From positions 45,942,001-46,006,000 of the forward strand of contig OZ076409.1 in assembly GCA_964187785.1 (NCBI GenBank): a DNA stretch of 64,000 bases, read 5' to 3'. Every line of letters begins with the position of its first letter. Within the stretch, counting starts at the first letter, position 1. Under the pieces are notes generated by a model. That model did no database searches and had not been told where the DNA came from. It saw nothing but the letters and a program-made list of their open reading frames with translations. The position numbers and the translations under genes were made by a program. Origin of the DNA: Amphiscolops sp. MND2022. Taxonomy: Eukaryota. Below, in pieces: positions 61,282-64,000 of the stretch.

Positions 61282-64000
61282 ATGTCAACTACAAGGAGCC
61301 AAAAGAGGAGGAACAACCAGCAGGAGAGCACCGAAAATGTAAGTGAAGGTCTAGCTTCACCAATAGTAGTAGAAAATTTTTGTTTTCTGGAACAGGACAT
61401 GAGCATTGCGGTCGCCCCAAGACCACAAAATCCAGAATTCTAAGCAAACGTCAGATTCTCGAAATCAAAGAAGCAAGTACAAAGATTCATTGGATTCGTC
61501 AATTTTTACCGCAACTCTATCCCGCGGTTGTCAGAAAAATTGCTTGGATTCTACGAACTGTTGAAAGCAGACAAACAGATCGAAGTAACAGAAGAACTAC
61601 TCGACAATTATAAAGCGATCAACGCAGCATTAGGGCAAGCTTGTGGATTGGCTCTCAAACAACCAATCAGAGGACGCCAATACGTCCTAATGACGGACGC
61701 TAGTTCTCGCGCCTCGGGCTACGCGCTAATGATCGAAGAAGATAATGACAAAAAACTCAATTCAAAAAAGAAAACGTTCGCTCAGTCGCATTCGGATCAA
61801 AAGTATTTTCCCCAGCTCATCTAAAAATGTCAACCTACTGCAAAGTATGTTTGGCAATCTACCATGAGTTTTAGGATTACACCCATGTTCTATGGGAAAC
61901 AACACTACCAACTCTCATAATGACTGACAATAGATCGGTAACACGGTTTTTCCAAACAAAGGCGATCCCTCCCACGCTATGGAGTGCATGCGAGTTTGTG
62001 CTACAATTCAATTTCCACGTTATGAAAGTAGCAGGAACACAAAATACAGCGGCTGATTTTCTATCAAGAATTGACCTTAACCCCAAACAGAGTGTCGAAT
62101 TAAAGATAAGAAACGACATCACAATCCGGCCGATACAAGTAAATTTGCAATCAACAGACGTCGCAGATGAGGAACAGTTTTTCTTTTTTCCAGACGAAAC
62201 AATCGAAACGGAAGAAGAAAGACTCTTGCCAAAAGAGCAAGCCAGACAGAATGCTTGCAACGAAGAGACGACAAAATTAAAATTGGCCAACAAAGAGACA
62301 ACCCCAATTCCGATAATCAAGGCATCATACAACTTTGGGGCAATAAAAGAAGACGCACGTATCAGAGTGGAACAAGAGTCAGACCTAGCCTTCAAAGCAA
62401 TCAAGAGGAAACTGATATGTGATGAATATGACAAACACTTTTTACTGACTGATCCGACAGCAAAGCGCCTCTTAGTCCATGAAAACATACTAATAGTCAA
62501 AAACGGCATCCTAATGCAAAAATACTACGGGGAATGCGGACAAGTTACACATCATCAAATACTAATACCTGAACATCTAATTACAGAACTTCTAAAAGCG
62601 ATACACGGACAAATGGGAAAGTACCCAGGAATCACAAAAATGATCCAAGAATGCAGATCGAAAAACTACTACCCTGGACTAGCCAAAAGAATCAAACAAT
62701 GGGTACTAAAATTTGAGGACTGCAATAATTACAAAAGAATCAGCAATAATCAAATCAGACCAAAAATGATCAACAATGAGGAACACGTTCTGGGACCGTG
62801 AGACAAACTAGAGATTGACATATTACCGAATCTACCAAATTCTGCTGGATACCAAATTATTATAACAATGATCGACGTGTTTTCCCGCTACTTATTCGCA
62901 TATCCAACGCAAAACGTAACAGGAAAAACAATTGGACGATGCATTGTCGACGTCACGACAAGACAAGCATATCTACCAACACTAATCATAACAGATAAAG
63001 GCTCACAATTCAGATCAGAAGTCGTCGCAGAAATAACTGGAAATCCAAACAAAGACTGGAAATCCAAATCAGCCAGGCGTCTACGAAACACACACAATCT
63101 ATTGGAATTTCGGAAAGAACACACGCTTCTATCAAAACTGCCCTAAAAATAACAACCGTCGAGAGACGTTCAATGTGGCACAAATTGCAGTCATGAACTA
63201 CAATACAACCAATCACGAGACTCAAGGCTGCGAAGCATCTACAGTCTTCCATGGACGAATACCCTACAATGTACTTGATTTAAAATTGGGCATCAAACCA
63301 AAATGCAAAACTACGCTAATTCGGATATAGCTGATCAGCTGCAAAAACATATCGACGAAGTGCGCGCGACAGCAAAAGAAAATATGATGCTGTCTTATCT
63401 CAAAAACAAAAAATAAACGATCGCAAAGCGTCTGCAGCCCTGCTCAAAAAAACCGACTACTGCTATATCTTTAACCCGAAAGCCGACAACGAATCGACAA
63501 AGTTTGCATTTCAAGATTGCATATGGATGGGACCATATGTAGTGATAGAAGTGCTATCAAATAACAATTACACAATACGGAAAATTGGCACCAGATATAC
63601 ACAAACGCAACATAGAATACGCATACGTCCCTACACGCGAGAACAACGCATGCCTGACATCACAGTACGATCATGAATATCTCCCAGAGCAAAACGTCCA
63701 GGTGTCGCACAATGAGTGGTACGCAGTCTCCTGGGAAATGGATTTCGGAAAACAAATTGACGAACACGAGACGTCTGACAGTGCCAGCACTAAGGAACAA
63801 ACAGTAACCCAAAAAGTGACGAATATGAATGACGAAAAGACGACGCAACAAGAAACCGACAATCAAACTGAAGACACGAATGACGCGTCGCCGCCGTCAA
63901 CGGACTTTTCAAATCTTAACACAGACGTAGAGAATAACCCATATATATGTCGCCCCCACCCCTTGAAAATCCACCTTTTCCCCCAAATCACCGCCTACAG
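61282..64000 (+). mobile_element. Decayed Gypsy element: gag start, RNase H, integrase
   Basis: MSTTRSQKRRNNQQES gag start, then a deletion into RH (YVLMTDASSRASGY; TDNRSVTRFFQTK; NTAADFLSR), IN zinc region (IHGQMGKYPG...) and core (MIDVFSRYLFAYP; ITDKGSQF). Runs off the window. Confidence 0.9.

Overview
AT-rich animal (metazoan) genomic DNA, mostly decayed transposable elements, with one 200-N gap (48258-48457). The only host gene I can support is a + strand rhodopsin-class GPCR. It is seen as three in-phase exons (383-688, 1003-1180, 8803-9010), and its last intron is a 7.6-kb GC-AG intron filled by an antisense LTR element. A diverged duplicate of the terminal exon sits at 45800-45989. The most striking region is a degenerate, intron-containing minus-strand cassette at about 16.5-24 kb. 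It carries, in order, a tyrosine-recombinase-like ORF, a KDM2/KDM7-type JmjC demethylase domain and a SET methyltransferase domain, which looks like a Crypton-like element with both a histone-methylation eraser and a writer. An 18.3-kb Gypsy element (27139-45477) has paired LTRs, a PBS and gag-PR-RT-RH-IN. It also holds a nested, deleted BEL/Pao element and about 6.5 kb of antisense cargo with a BED-type zinc finger. In this and a second Gypsy family, gag starts inside the LTR and reads through the PBS. Also present: two Helentron-associated (HINE-like) elements with structurally conserved hairpins, further Gypsy relics, an env-like remnant, a Tc1 fragment, palindrome arrays and minisatellites. 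All domain calls come from manual translation and motif recognition, not database searches, and identity figures are by-eye estimates.
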